Shown here: positions 7,534 to 15,870 of the stretch, one piece after another
Position numbering within the stretch: position 1 is the stretch's first letter
Layout of the letters: each line of letters starts with the position of its first letter
Made by a program: the position numbers and the translations under genes
Notes under the pieces: generated by a model
The model's input: only the letters and a program-made list of their open reading frames with translations
Told to the model about the DNA's origin: nothing
The model's database searches: none
Source of the DNA: an uncultured Dehalococcoidia bacterium
GTDB taxonomy: Bacteria; Chloroflexota; Dehalococcoidia; Lucifugimonadales; UBA826
Assembly (NCBI GenBank): GCA_964414725.1
Contig: CAYPXS010000002.1
Location: forward strand, 1-37,602
Reading direction: 5' to 3'
Length of the DNA: 37,602 bases

Positions 7534-7707
7534 TTAACCTAGGACGAAAGAAGCTCGTACCAGGAAGAAAAACAACAGAAAAATTATTATTGCCGGGATT
7601 AGGCATCCAAGGCACCCGGTTCTCCATGTGAAATGGAATCCTTTAGAATTCTTTTTTTCTGAGAGATCAGTGTTTATCTGTTGATGAGAATTTTCAGGTA
7701 GACTCAT
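7534..7707 (-). CDS. Candidate small tail-anchored membrane protein (57 aa, below the ORF-track cutoff)
   Basis: My translation is MSLPENSHQQINTDLSEKKNSKGFHFTWRTGCLGCLIPAIIIFLLFFFLVRASFVLG. It has a hydrophilic N-terminus, a CxxC and one strong TM helix. It lies in an otherwise empty 320-nt gap. The SD is weak (AGGA about 14 nt upstream). Confidence 0.25.
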   Translation of the reverse strand: MSLPENSHQQINTDLSEKKNSKGFHFTWRTGCLGCLIPAIIIFLLFFFLVRASFVLG

Positions 7708-7808
7708 TATTTATATAAAGTCCTATGATCTGGATACGCTAGAAAGTTTTGACACCTTCGTAAAGATGTCATTTATTCACCTTATCTAAAGTGGTATTTT
7801 TTTCAAAA

Positions 7809-9065
7809 CTATTCGGTGGAAATGATTCCGGTTAACCGCAAGTTTTTTATTTCTTGTTGAGAGTAATCTAGGTCTTGTTTCAAAATATAGGCCGTATGTT
7901 CGCCAACCAGTGGTGGCCTGAAAGCATTCCAAGGAGTGCCTTTAAATCTGTATGGTCGACCTGCATACTTATAGGTTACCTCATTTCCAAATTCAGTATG
8001 GGGAATGTCTTCAAACATGCCCCTGTCGTCCAAGAAATGAGGATCATCTAGATTTTCTTCAGGAGATCTGACTATTCCCCATGGGTATTTCAGTTCTTGT
8101 GCCCCTCGATATATCTCATCTGCAGTGTGATTCAATATAAAATTTCTGACTACTTCAAATGCATGATCAGAGTCATCTGTATTTGAAGTAATATGCCGTG
8201 CCATGTTTTTGTATTTTTCATCTTCCAAATCTTCGGCCATTCCCTTCTCGGACATCCATTTCACTAGTGAAAGCCAGGAATTGAGATTATTAAAAAGTTG
8301 GAAAACTATTATGTATTTACCGTCCACGGTTTTACAAAGGGTTTTCGGGGTTGGTGTAGCTCCTTGGTGTCTTCCTGTCTGACGGAAAACTTCTTTATTG
8401 AGGAATAAATATGTTGGAATTGACGCTTCTGTAGTTGAAGAACAAGCCTCGTGGGCTGAAACATCCAAATATTGTCCAACACCCGTGAAATCTCTGTAAA
8501 AAAGTGCTGACATTGTTCCAATAAGGCCATAGTGGGCGGATATAAAATCTCCATGTCCACCACTTGGTCTGATAGGAGGGCTGTCTGGCACATCATCGTA
8601 GCCACACGAATGCATTATTCCTCCCATAGCTAAGGCCACCAAATCGTTAGATTTATAATCTCTATAGGGGCCATCTTGACCAAAGGCCGTCAACGAGGTC
8701 ATCACTAATTTTTTGTTGGCTTTTTTTAATACTTCATAGTTCAAACCCAGGGATTCCAGAAAACCTGGGTTTCTGTCTTCCAGAAACACATCCGCCTTTT
8801 CAAGTAGTTTTTTTACTATAGCTATGCCTTTTGGAGACTCTAAATTAACGGTAAGGCTTTCCTTTGAAGTGTTTCTAGCCCAAAAATAAAGGCTGGAATT
8901 GGGATCAGGTTTATCATCTTTGAAGGGTCCTATATTTCTTTCTGGGGAACCTTGCAGAGGCTCTATCTTTACTACTCTGGCTCCCATATCGCCCATAAGT
9001 TTTCCCATGTATTGCCCTCGTTCTCCGCATAATTCAACGACAAGCAATCCATCAAGAGCAGTCAT
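7809..9065 (-). CDS. Family III CoA-transferase (CaiB/BaiF family), divergent N-terminal motif
   Basis: 418 aa. The N-terminus is LDGLLVVELCGERGQYMGKLMGDMGARVVKIEP, and the fold length and interlocked-dimer type layout fit the family. Its start overlaps the upstream paralog's stop by 4 nt. Confidence 0.85.
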   Translation of the reverse strand: MTALDGLLVVELCGERGQYMGKLMGDMGARVVKIEPLQGSPERNIGPFKDDKPDPNSSLYFWARNTSKESLTVNLESPKGIAIVKKLLEKADVFLEDRNPGFLESLGLNYEVLKKANKKLVMTSLTAFGQDGPYRDYKSNDLVALAMGGIMHSCGYDDVPDSPPIRPSGGHGDFISAHYGLIGTMSALFYRDFTGVGQYLDVSAHEACSSTTEASIPTYLFLNKEVFRQTGRHQGATPTPKTLCKTVDGKYIIVFQLFNNLNSWLSLVKWMSEKGMAEDLEDEKYKNMARHITSNTDDSDHAFEVVRNFILNHTADEIYRGAQELKYPWGIVRSPEENLDDPHFLDDRGMFEDIPHTEFGNEVTYKYAGRPYRFKGTPWNAFRPPLVGEHTAYILKQDLDYSQQEIKNLRLTGIISTE

Positions 9066-10351
9066 GCTATTCCTTCTTCTATATAGGAAGCAAAATCTTC
9101 TCCCGAAGTTCCTAGCAAATTCATATAGATCTCCGCAGAATGTTCACTGAGTAAAGGAGAAGCCGATTTGAGTTTCCAAGGCGTTTCTGACATTTTCATT
9201 GGCATGGCTTCGACTTTGGTTTCTCCTAGTTCTCCATGTTTAATAGCAGGTAGAAAATCTCTTTCTTTAAGTTGAGGGTCTTCTTCCACTCTTTCTCTAG
9301 GAGTTTGAATCGCACCAGCAGGAACACCAAAACTTTGCAGATGATGCATCACTTCGTGTGGAGTTTTGTTAATTGTCCAAGTTTCTATGTGCTGATCTAG
9401 TTCATCTTGGTTTTGGTACCTTAATTCCATCGTAGAAAATTTTTTGTCATTCATCCACAAAGGGTTGTTGATTGCTTTTGATAAGGCATCCCATTCCTTC
9501 TCATTGGTCACTGTAATTACGCACCAACGGTCTTCCCCTTTACATCTGTATGAATTATGAGGGGCAATCTTTTTGTCCGGGGCTGTGTTTCCTGGTGGCA
9601 TGCCTTCTCTTCTGAAGGGCCTGCCGTTTACGGTGTAATCAAGGATGGAAGTGCCGGTTATTCCAATACCAGCCTCAACTTGAGATAAATCTAAATGTTG
9701 CCCCTTGCCAGTTGAATTTCTATGTTTCAGAGCCATCAATATTGCTAATGCTCCATAGAATCCTCCCGTGTGATCCATATAAGAAAAACCCCAACCAGCT
9801 GATTCCTCCCCAGGTAGACCGGACATAAATGTAAGGCCTGAAAGAGCCTGTGCAGTTGGACCCCAAGTTACATAATCCCTATCCCTCCCACTGTGTCCGA
9901 ATCCCGACATGCTGCAATAAATGATATCTGGGCGTATCTTTTTTTGATCCTCGTAACTGAGTCCCCATTTTTCCAGAACTCTAGAACTGAAGTTTTCTAC
10001 AATTACATCAGAAATAGAAATTAGTTCTTTCAGTTTTTCCATACCAGTCGGATGCATCACATTTAGTGTCATACTCTTTTTGTTGCGGTTAAGAGTGTTA
10101 AATAAACCGCTTTTGTTTGGTGAACCTCCAGCATCGATTGACATGATATTTCTGCAGTAATCAAGAGCAGCTTCATTTTCTACCTTAATGACTTCTGCTC
10201 CGAAATCTGCGAGTAACCTTGTGCATTGAGGCCCAGCAACAATCCAAGATAAATCTATGACCCTTAACCCTTCTAATGCATTTTTACTGAGTGGTTTTTC
10301 TTGCACGTTAATCTGTTCTTCCTCTTTTATTGGTATAAGATTTTTGGGCAT
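9062..10351 (-). CDS. Family III CoA-transferase (CaiB/BaiF family)
   Basis: 429 aa. It has the canonical N-terminus LEGLRVIDLSWIVAGPQCTRLLADFGAEVIKVEN and a mid-protein YMDHTGG segment containing a candidate catalytic Asp. Confidence 0.9.
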   Translation of the reverse strand: MPKNLIPIKEEEQINVQEKPLSKNALEGLRVIDLSWIVAGPQCTRLLADFGAEVIKVENEAALDYCRNIMSIDAGGSPNKSGLFNTLNRNKKSMTLNVMHPTGMEKLKELISISDVIVENFSSRVLEKWGLSYEDQKKIRPDIIYCSMSGFGHSGRDRDYVTWGPTAQALSGLTFMSGLPGEESAGWGFSYMDHTGGFYGALAILMALKHRNSTGKGQHLDLSQVEAGIGITGTSILDYTVNGRPFRREGMPPGNTAPDKKIAPHNSYRCKGEDRWCVITVTNEKEWDALSKAINNPLWMNDKKFSTMELRYQNQDELDQHIETWTINKTPHEVMHHLQSFGVPAGAIQTPRERVEEDPQLKERDFLPAIKHGELGETKVEAMPMKMSETPWKLKSASPLLSEHSAEIYMNLLGTSGEDFASYIEEGIA

Positions 10352-10401
10352 TATACAGGGATAATTTTCTGTTTTGAGTCTGATATGAATAATAAGGCTG
10401 G

Positions 10402-10409
10402 TGTATAAT
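10402..10409 (+). promoter_or_regulatory. Putative -10 element TGTATAAT
   Basis: The same octamer as at 4320-4327 lies 62 nt upstream of the ATG at 10471, in a 107-nt divergent intergenic region. Confidence 0.25.
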
Positions 10410-10470
10410 TCCGAGCCTATAGCGTGATTTTATTTAAGTAAAATTTTCATTTTGGTGGTTGAACAGGTTT

Positions 10471-11409
10471 ATGAGAGTTGGTGAATTTGAACTAGTTGAT
10501 CCTGTGCCCGAGATGAATAATACCGTGGCCATAGGTATGTTGCGTCCTTGGGTAGATGTGGGAAGAGTCGGTACCTTATCGTTGAGGAAATTAGAACAGT
10601 ACCTTGGCGCTAAGGAACTCGGCCGGTTGGCAAAACCTGGAAAATTTTTTGATTTTACCCGGTATAGACCAAGAATGCGTATCACAAACGGCAAACGAGT
10701 TTTCACCAAACCGAATACCATTGTTCATCACGCTAAAGATCAATATTCAGGTCGAGATTACATTTTCATTCACATAAGGGAACCTCATAATTTTGGGGAG
10801 GAATATACTGATTCAATAGTTGAATTGTTTAATTATTGTAATGTGACTGAATACTGCCGAATTGGTGGCATGTATGACTCTGTCCCACATACTAGGCCAA
10901 TTCTAGTTACGGGCTCCATGACAGACGAGCAAGAGGGGAAGGCCGGATCTCTATTGAATCCCCGCCGTAGTACCTATCAAGGTCCCACATCCATAATCAA
11001 TCAGGTTAATGAAGACTTGACCGAACAGGGCGTCCAAAATACTACTCTGATGGCACATTTGCCACAATATGTTCAGTTGGATGAAGATCATTTAGGTGCT
11101 TCGAGGTTGTTGGAGGTTTTGTGTGCTGTGTATGGTTTTCCCGCGGACCTAGCGGAGAAAAGTAAGGGAGATCAACAGTACAAAGATATTGAAAGGGCGA
11201 TAGATTATGGGGGAGAGGTGGGTACTTTGATAAAACAATTGGAAACCTACTTTGATAGAGTCCTTAGTCGATCTGAGGGCGAAGAAGATTCGGAAAATTT
11301 AAGTGAAGAGGATGTCGAAATTAACCTATCGTCGGATGTTCAAGATTTCTTAAATGAGATGGGTGAGCGGTTTGAGGATGATGGAAGCGATAGTAGCCAG
11401 AGGAACTAA
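10471..11409 (+). CDS. PAC2 (proteasome assembly chaperone 2-like) family protein with an acidic C-terminal tail
   Basis: About 312 aa. The conserved PAC2-type core includes IHIREPHNFGEEY...GGMYDSVPHTRPILVTGS (PHTRP motif). The C-terminal 50 aa are Glu/Asp/Ser-rich. The ATG at 10471 is preferred; the track's TTG at 10459 is an alternative. Confidence 0.7.
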   Translation: MRVGEFELVDPVPEMNNTVAIGMLRPWVDVGRVGTLSLRKLEQYLGAKELGRLAKPGKFFDFTRYRPRMRITNGKRVFTKPNTIVHHAKDQYSGRDYIFIHIREPHNFGEEYTDSIVELFNYCNVTEYCRIGGMYDSVPHTRPILVTGSMTDEQEGKAGSLLNPRRSTYQGPTSIINQVNEDLTEQGVQNTTLMAHLPQYVQLDEDHLGASRLLEVLCAVYGFPADLAEKSKGDQQYKDIERAIDYGGEVGTLIKQLETYFDRVLSRSEGEEDSENLSEEDVEINLSSDVQDFLNEMGERFEDDGSDSSQRN

Positions 11410-12221
11410 ATACACCTTTCAGTTTCACGTTTGACAAAATCTCGCAATTCTTTTGGCATTTGTATTGCACCTAAGGAATTCTCTTTTATCCTTTCTGGGT
11501 TAGATGTTGCTGGTATTGCTGATGTTATAGCCTCGTTTGATATAACCCAAGATAACAATGCTTGGGCCCAGGTTTTGATGCCTAAATCAGATAAAGGGCC
11601 TAAATCAGGACTCAGCCGAAGATCTTTCACGTATTTTCCTTTTTGTAATGGTTCCATTACCAGAACCCCTATTCCCATGGATTTCGCTAACGGGAGTACA
11701 TCAGATTCCACTCGTGTGTTAATAACATTGTAAGGAATTTGGATAGAATCAATTTTGCCAGTTTTCATAATGGCCATCATTTCTGGATAGTCACCAGGAG
11801 TCATACAGGTTAGACCCACTAAACCTACCTTTCCTTCATCTTTCAGACCAGTAAGAGTTGGTAGGTGAGTTTTCCAATCTACTAAATTATGTATCTGGAA
11901 AATATGAATGTACTCAGTTTTCAGCAACGAAAATGAGTTATCAATCTGGTCTACACCAGATTGATAACCTGTCGTCCACACTTTTGTGGCTATTTGAAAT
12001 TTTGAGGGATCATTCTCTTGAATTGCTAATCCTAGGACTTTTTCTGCGTTGCCATACATTGGTGAGGAATCCACAAGGGTTACCCCATTATTTTGACATT
12101 CCTTGACTATTTTATTTCGAACGGAGAACACTTCTGAAATCGAATCGTCTACATCAAAAGTCCTAGAGGTTCCCATACCAACGGCAGGGAATTCCATTCC
12201 TCTTATTTTTCTGAACAACAT
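11406..12221 (-). CDS. Aldo/keto reductase family oxidoreductase
   Basis: 271 aa with AKR-like pattern segments: GMGTSRTF near the N-terminus, LVDSSPMYGNAE, IHNL and a C-terminal IPATSNPERIKEN. The start could instead be the internal Met (MEFPAVG). Confidence 0.8.
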   Translation of the reverse strand: MLFRKIRGMEFPAVGMGTSRTFDVDDSISEVFSVRNKIVKECQNNGVTLVDSSPMYGNAEKVLGLAIQENDPSKFQIATKVWTTGYQSGVDQIDNSFSLLKTEYIHIFQIHNLVDWKTHLPTLTGLKDEGKVGLVGLTCMTPGDYPEMMAIMKTGKIDSIQIPYNVINTRVESDVLPLAKSMGIGVLVMEPLQKGKYVKDLRLSPDLGPLSDLGIKTWAQALLSWVISNEAITSAIPATSNPERIKENSLGAIQMPKELRDFVKRETERCI

Positions 12222-12230
12222 TTGCTACAC

Positions 12231-12578
12231 CTAATTTTTATTTTTTAGTAATACGTGCCTTCTGTTGAAGGTGTGTTGTCTAACTTCAGTAGCCCATCTA
12301 CCTTTATCTACTGCAGAAGCCCATTCTGGGGATGTCAGGACCTTTGGGTCCTCTATTTCATATATTGCTGTGTGTTTTGGTTGGTTTTCTATAATTATTT
12401 CTTGTTCTACTCCTCCGATTACCATTTTTAATGGCTCCGTGGTAAACCTAGCTATGGCCAATACTCCAGGTACCTCGGACAGGTATGGTATGTGTTCCTT
12501 GTCGTATACCTCATCAAATAGAGCCTCCTTGTCTTGAGGCACATCCATTGCAGCTGAGAAATAGTATTTTCCGTTCAT
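12231..12578 (-). CDS. Small ferredoxin-like (dimeric alpha/beta-barrel, EthD/DUF4286-like) protein
   Basis: 115 aa. The pattern AAMDVPQDKEALFDEVYDKEHIPYLSEVPGVLAIARF...AIYEIEDPKVLTSPEW resembles stress-responsive alpha/beta-barrel families. The assignment is tentative. Confidence 0.4.
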   Translation of the reverse strand: MNGKYYFSAAMDVPQDKEALFDEVYDKEHIPYLSEVPGVLAIARFTTEPLKMVIGGVEQEIIIENQPKHTAIYEIEDPKVLTSPEWASAVDKGRWATEVRQHTFNRRHVLLKNKN

Positions 12579-12625
12579 TTGCTAACTCCTTTGGTTAGAT
12601 AAAATTAATAAAGGTTAATAAATGT

Positions 12626-13546
12626 CTAAATTCCGAATCTGTCGCCTACTTTCAATCCATGGGATTCTACAAAATCTGAGGCCATAATTTTTGCTTCTCG
12701 GTCTACTTTGACCCTACCTATATTGATCACGCCGTCTGAGACTGACAGACTGAAAGACTCATCTGATATTTTCGTTACGGTTCCTCCCGGTTGATCATGT
12801 TCGGACGATTCAAAAGATGTGTTGAATAAGTAAATTGACTTTTTGTTCCACACCGTATTGGCTCCAGGGCTAGGATCAGACCCTCTAATCAGATTGTAGA
12901 TTTCTATACCAGGTTTATTCCAATCTATGATTACGTCACCTGACCTGCACCACCCTTCGTATGTGGCTTTGCTGTGGTCTTGTTCAACTTTGGGGGCGGT
13001 ACCATTTTTAACCATTTCTATTGCTTCAACCATTGCCTCTACTCCAGCAGGGTAGAGTTTGCCAAAATAAATTGATCCCAAAGTGTCGGTTTCAGTAATA
13101 TCAAACTCTTTTTGTAAAAGTATTGGACCTGTGTCCAAGCCTTTGTCTGGCCAGAAAATAGTGAGTCCAGTTTTTGATTTTCCTTGTATGATGGGCCAAT
13201 TAATTGAACTAGGTCCTCGATGTTCTGGAAGTAGAGATGGATGATACTGGATAGTTCCCAAACGAGGTGCTTCAAGGATTTCATCTGGGACGATATCGGT
13301 AACAAAGGCCATCACACATAGATCTATGTGCAATGATAAAAATTCTCTAATTGCCTCCTTATCTCGCATTCTTTTGTATTGGAATACTGGTATTTGATTT
13401 TCTAACGCTGCCGACTTTATGGGATCTTCAGGTCTACCTGGATTGTCCGGTGGACATAGCACAGCTGCTACGTGTTCTTTTTTATCTACCAGTGCATTTA
13501 AGACATCCTTGCCAAAGGCAGCTTGTCCAATTATGGCGATTTTCAT
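12626..13546 (-). CDS. Formyltransferase-fold protein resembling the N-terminal hydrolase domain of 10-formyltetrahydrofolate dehydrogenase (ALDH1L1 Nt-FDH)
   Basis: 306 aa with GGAG 9 nt upstream of the ATG. Blocks match the human ALDH1L1 residues 1-310 that I remember: MKIAIIGQAAFGKDV vs MKIAVIGQSLFGQEV; YHPSLLPEHRGPSSINWPIIQGKSKTGLTIFWPDKGLDTGPILLQKE vs [47 protein letters not shown]; and ATYEG in both. The catalytic His (HPSLLP) and Asp (LDTG) are conserved. Confidence 0.8.
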   Translation of the reverse strand: MKIAIIGQAAFGKDVLNALVDKKEHVAAVLCPPDNPGRPEDPIKSAALENQIPVFQYKRMRDKEAIREFLSLHIDLCVMAFVTDIVPDEILEAPRLGTIQYHPSLLPEHRGPSSINWPIIQGKSKTGLTIFWPDKGLDTGPILLQKEFDITETDTLGSIYFGKLYPAGVEAMVEAIEMVKNGTAPKVEQDHSKATYEGWCRSGDVIIDWNKPGIEIYNLIRGSDPSPGANTVWNKKSIYLFNTSFESSEHDQPGGTVTKISDESFSLSVSDGVINIGRVKVDREAKIMASDFVESHGLKVGDRFGI

Positions 13547-13695
13547 ATCAATATCTCCTATTTGGTCATTTTGGAGGTATGGCCTACGCTGGAATATAAC
13601 ACATCAATTGACCGTACCTTCAGGCGAACATAACATGAGGGCATGTAATTGCAGATTAATTTACTTATACAAATATTTTAGAGAAGAGGTTAATT

Positions 13696-14943
13696 TTGGC
13701 CGAAGTTAAAAAATCGATGTCTCCCTTGTCTGGCCTCCGGGTACTTGGCGTGACTGTCTATCTTGCAGGGCCGTTTGCGATGATGAATTTAGCTAGACTG
13801 GGGGCCGATTGTGTAAAAGTAGAAATGCCTGGTGTGGGAGATCCATCTAGAGGAAATGGACCCTTTGCCTCTCCTGATGGATATGTGGAAACGCAGGAGT
13901 CTGAAAAGCATCTTTCCACTCGGTTTCTCAAAAGGGCCCAAGGTCTTAAAAGCGTTACTTTGAATTTAAAAGATCCAAAAGGCTTGGAAATGTTCATGGA
14001 GTTGGCGAAAAAGTCTGATGTACTAGTCGAAAATTTGTCGCCAGGCGCTATGAAAAGATTAGGTTTGGGATACGAGGAAGTAGTAAAAGTTAACCCCGGA
14101 ATTATTTACACTTCCATTTCAGGATACGGTCAATCCGGTCCGCATTCGCATCGAAAGGCTCATGATCCACAAATTCAAGGCATGAGTGGTCTTATGGATA
14201 TAAACGGATCAGAGAGTGAACCGCCCACTAGAGTTGGGTTCTATATTGGGGATTTGGTAACACCTCTTTTTGCCTGCTATTCGGTCCTTGCGGCGCTCAG
14301 AGAAAAAGATAGGACCGGACATGGTCAATATTTGGATGTGTCCATGATGGATTCATTAACCTCTCTAATGTTTATGGAAAACTTAGAGGAGGCCATTATG
14401 TATGGTGAACCACTTAGGCAGGGAAATAATAGTCGTGGAGGTCCGATGGGACTCTATCACACTAAGGATGGAGATATCACTTTAACCGTTGCTAGTGATG
14501 ATCAGTGGAATAGATTGGCCAAAGCGTTAGAGGCTCCGGATTTGATGGTAAATCCTAAATTTTCGACCTTTATTGAACGAAATCGAAATGTTGTCGAGGC
14601 TAGAGCGGAAGTGCAGAGACTACTTGATCGCTACACTAGAAGTGAGGCGATAGAATTATTAGAGGAAAATAAAGTTCCTTGTGGGTTGGTAAGAACTGTG
14701 CCGGAAGTAATAGAAGATTCACATTTTTGGGATCGAGGAACCCTTCAGCCAATGAAAAGTTCAGCTTTTTCTGATGCCGTTCCGGGAATTGCGTCAGGAT
14801 TTCCCGTTCATTTTTCTGATGGTGAATTACCTCAGTCAAAAGGTGCTCCTATGTTAGGGGAGCACAACCATGAGATATATCATGATGTTCTTGGAATTAG
14901 CTCGGAAGATCTTGAAGAATATGAACGAAATGGAATTATTTGA
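13696..14943 (+). CDS. Family III CoA-transferase (CaiB/BaiF family)
   Basis: 415 aa. The N-terminus is LSGLRVLGVTVYLAGPFAMMNLARLGADCVKVEMPG, and FYIGDLVTP contains a candidate catalytic Asp. The start is a TTG at 13696 with GAAGAGG upstream; an alternative ATG lies at 13717. Confidence 0.9.
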   Translation: MAEVKKSMSPLSGLRVLGVTVYLAGPFAMMNLARLGADCVKVEMPGVGDPSRGNGPFASPDGYVETQESEKHLSTRFLKRAQGLKSVTLNLKDPKGLEMFMELAKKSDVLVENLSPGAMKRLGLGYEEVVKVNPGIIYTSISGYGQSGPHSHRKAHDPQIQGMSGLMDINGSESEPPTRVGFYIGDLVTPLFACYSVLAALREKDRTGHGQYLDVSMMDSLTSLMFMENLEEAIMYGEPLRQGNNSRGGPMGLYHTKDGDITLTVASDDQWNRLAKALEAPDLMVNPKFSTFIERNRNVVEARAEVQRLLDRYTRSEAIELLEENKVPCGLVRTVPEVIEDSHFWDRGTLQPMKSSAFSDAVPGIASGFPVHFSDGELPQSKGAPMLGEHNHEIYHDVLGISSEDLEEYERNGII

Positions 14944-14967
14944 AATTAATTAAAAAGTGAGGAATTG

Positions 14968-15870
14968 ATGAGAGATCAAGCTAAACCTTTGCGGACCATG
15001 CTCTATGTGCCTGCTAACAAGGAAGATTGGGTTAGGAAAGCACCAAAATACGGTGCGGATGCTCTCATATTAGATATTGAAGATTCTGTGCCTTTGGATG
15101 AGAAGCAAAACGCACGGGAAATTGTATCTAGAATGGTTCCTGAATTGGCTGCGCAGGGTATAACAGTATTGGTGAGAGTTAATGACATTGATACAGGACT
15201 TACTGGCGAAGATGTGGCTTACGCAGTTCAAGAAGGCCTTTATGCCATTACCCTCCCAATGGTAAAAGGACCCTCAGATGTAAAAACACTTGATGCCCTT
15301 ATTTCTAGTGAAGAAAAGAATAAAGGTATAGATTCGGGGAAAATACTGATTGACCCTGGCTTGGAAACAGCTACAGGGCTTCGATTTGCTTACGAAGTAG
15401 GAACCTCATCTGACCGAATCGCGCATATGGGGGCAGGCGGTGGTAGGGGAGGAGACATAGCTAGAGCTGTAGGATACCAATGGACTCCTGAAGGCACAGA
15501 AACTCTATTTATTCGCTCCAAAGTACTGCTTGATGCTCGGGCAGCGGGGGTGCCTTACCCATTGACTGGGCTGTGGCAGGATATACATGATCATGAAGGA
15601 TTAAGGGCCTTTGCCCAACATTCAAGAGAGTTAGGTTATAACGGAATGACAGTTATACATCCATCTCATGTTCCAATAGTGAATGAAATATTCTCCCCCA
15701 GCGAAGAGGAGATAAGTGAGTGGCAGGGCTTAGTTGCATCAATGAAGGAAATTAGAGAGCGCGGTGGAGCTGCTGTTTCCTTCCAAGGGGGAATGGTTGA
15801 TATTGCCCATGAGAAGACGGCTTTGGAGATGCTTGATATGGCTCGTGCCTTAGGTTTGTTGGATGATTAA
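14968..15870 (+). CDS. HpcH/HpaI-fold citrate lyase beta subunit-like (CitE-like) acyl-CoA lyase (malyl-/citramalyl-CoA lyase type)
   Basis: About 300 aa. CitE-family segments are RTMLYVPANKEDWVRKAPKYGADALILDIEDSV (an E/D metal-binding region) and ...GMTVIHPSHVPIVNE. The ATG at 14968 follows GTGAGGA, and the gene lies 22 nt after the CoA-transferase gene. Confidence 0.85.
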   Translation: MRDQAKPLRTMLYVPANKEDWVRKAPKYGADALILDIEDSVPLDEKQNAREIVSRMVPELAAQGITVLVRVNDIDTGLTGEDVAYAVQEGLYAITLPMVKGPSDVKTLDALISSEEKNKGIDSGKILIDPGLETATGLRFAYEVGTSSDRIAHMGAGGGRGGDIARAVGYQWTPEGTETLFIRSKVLLDARAAGVPYPLTGLWQDIHDHEGLRAFAQHSRELGYNGMTVIHPSHVPIVNEIFSPSEEEISEWQGLVASMKEIRERGGAAVSFQGGMVDIAHEKTALEMLDMARALGLLDD

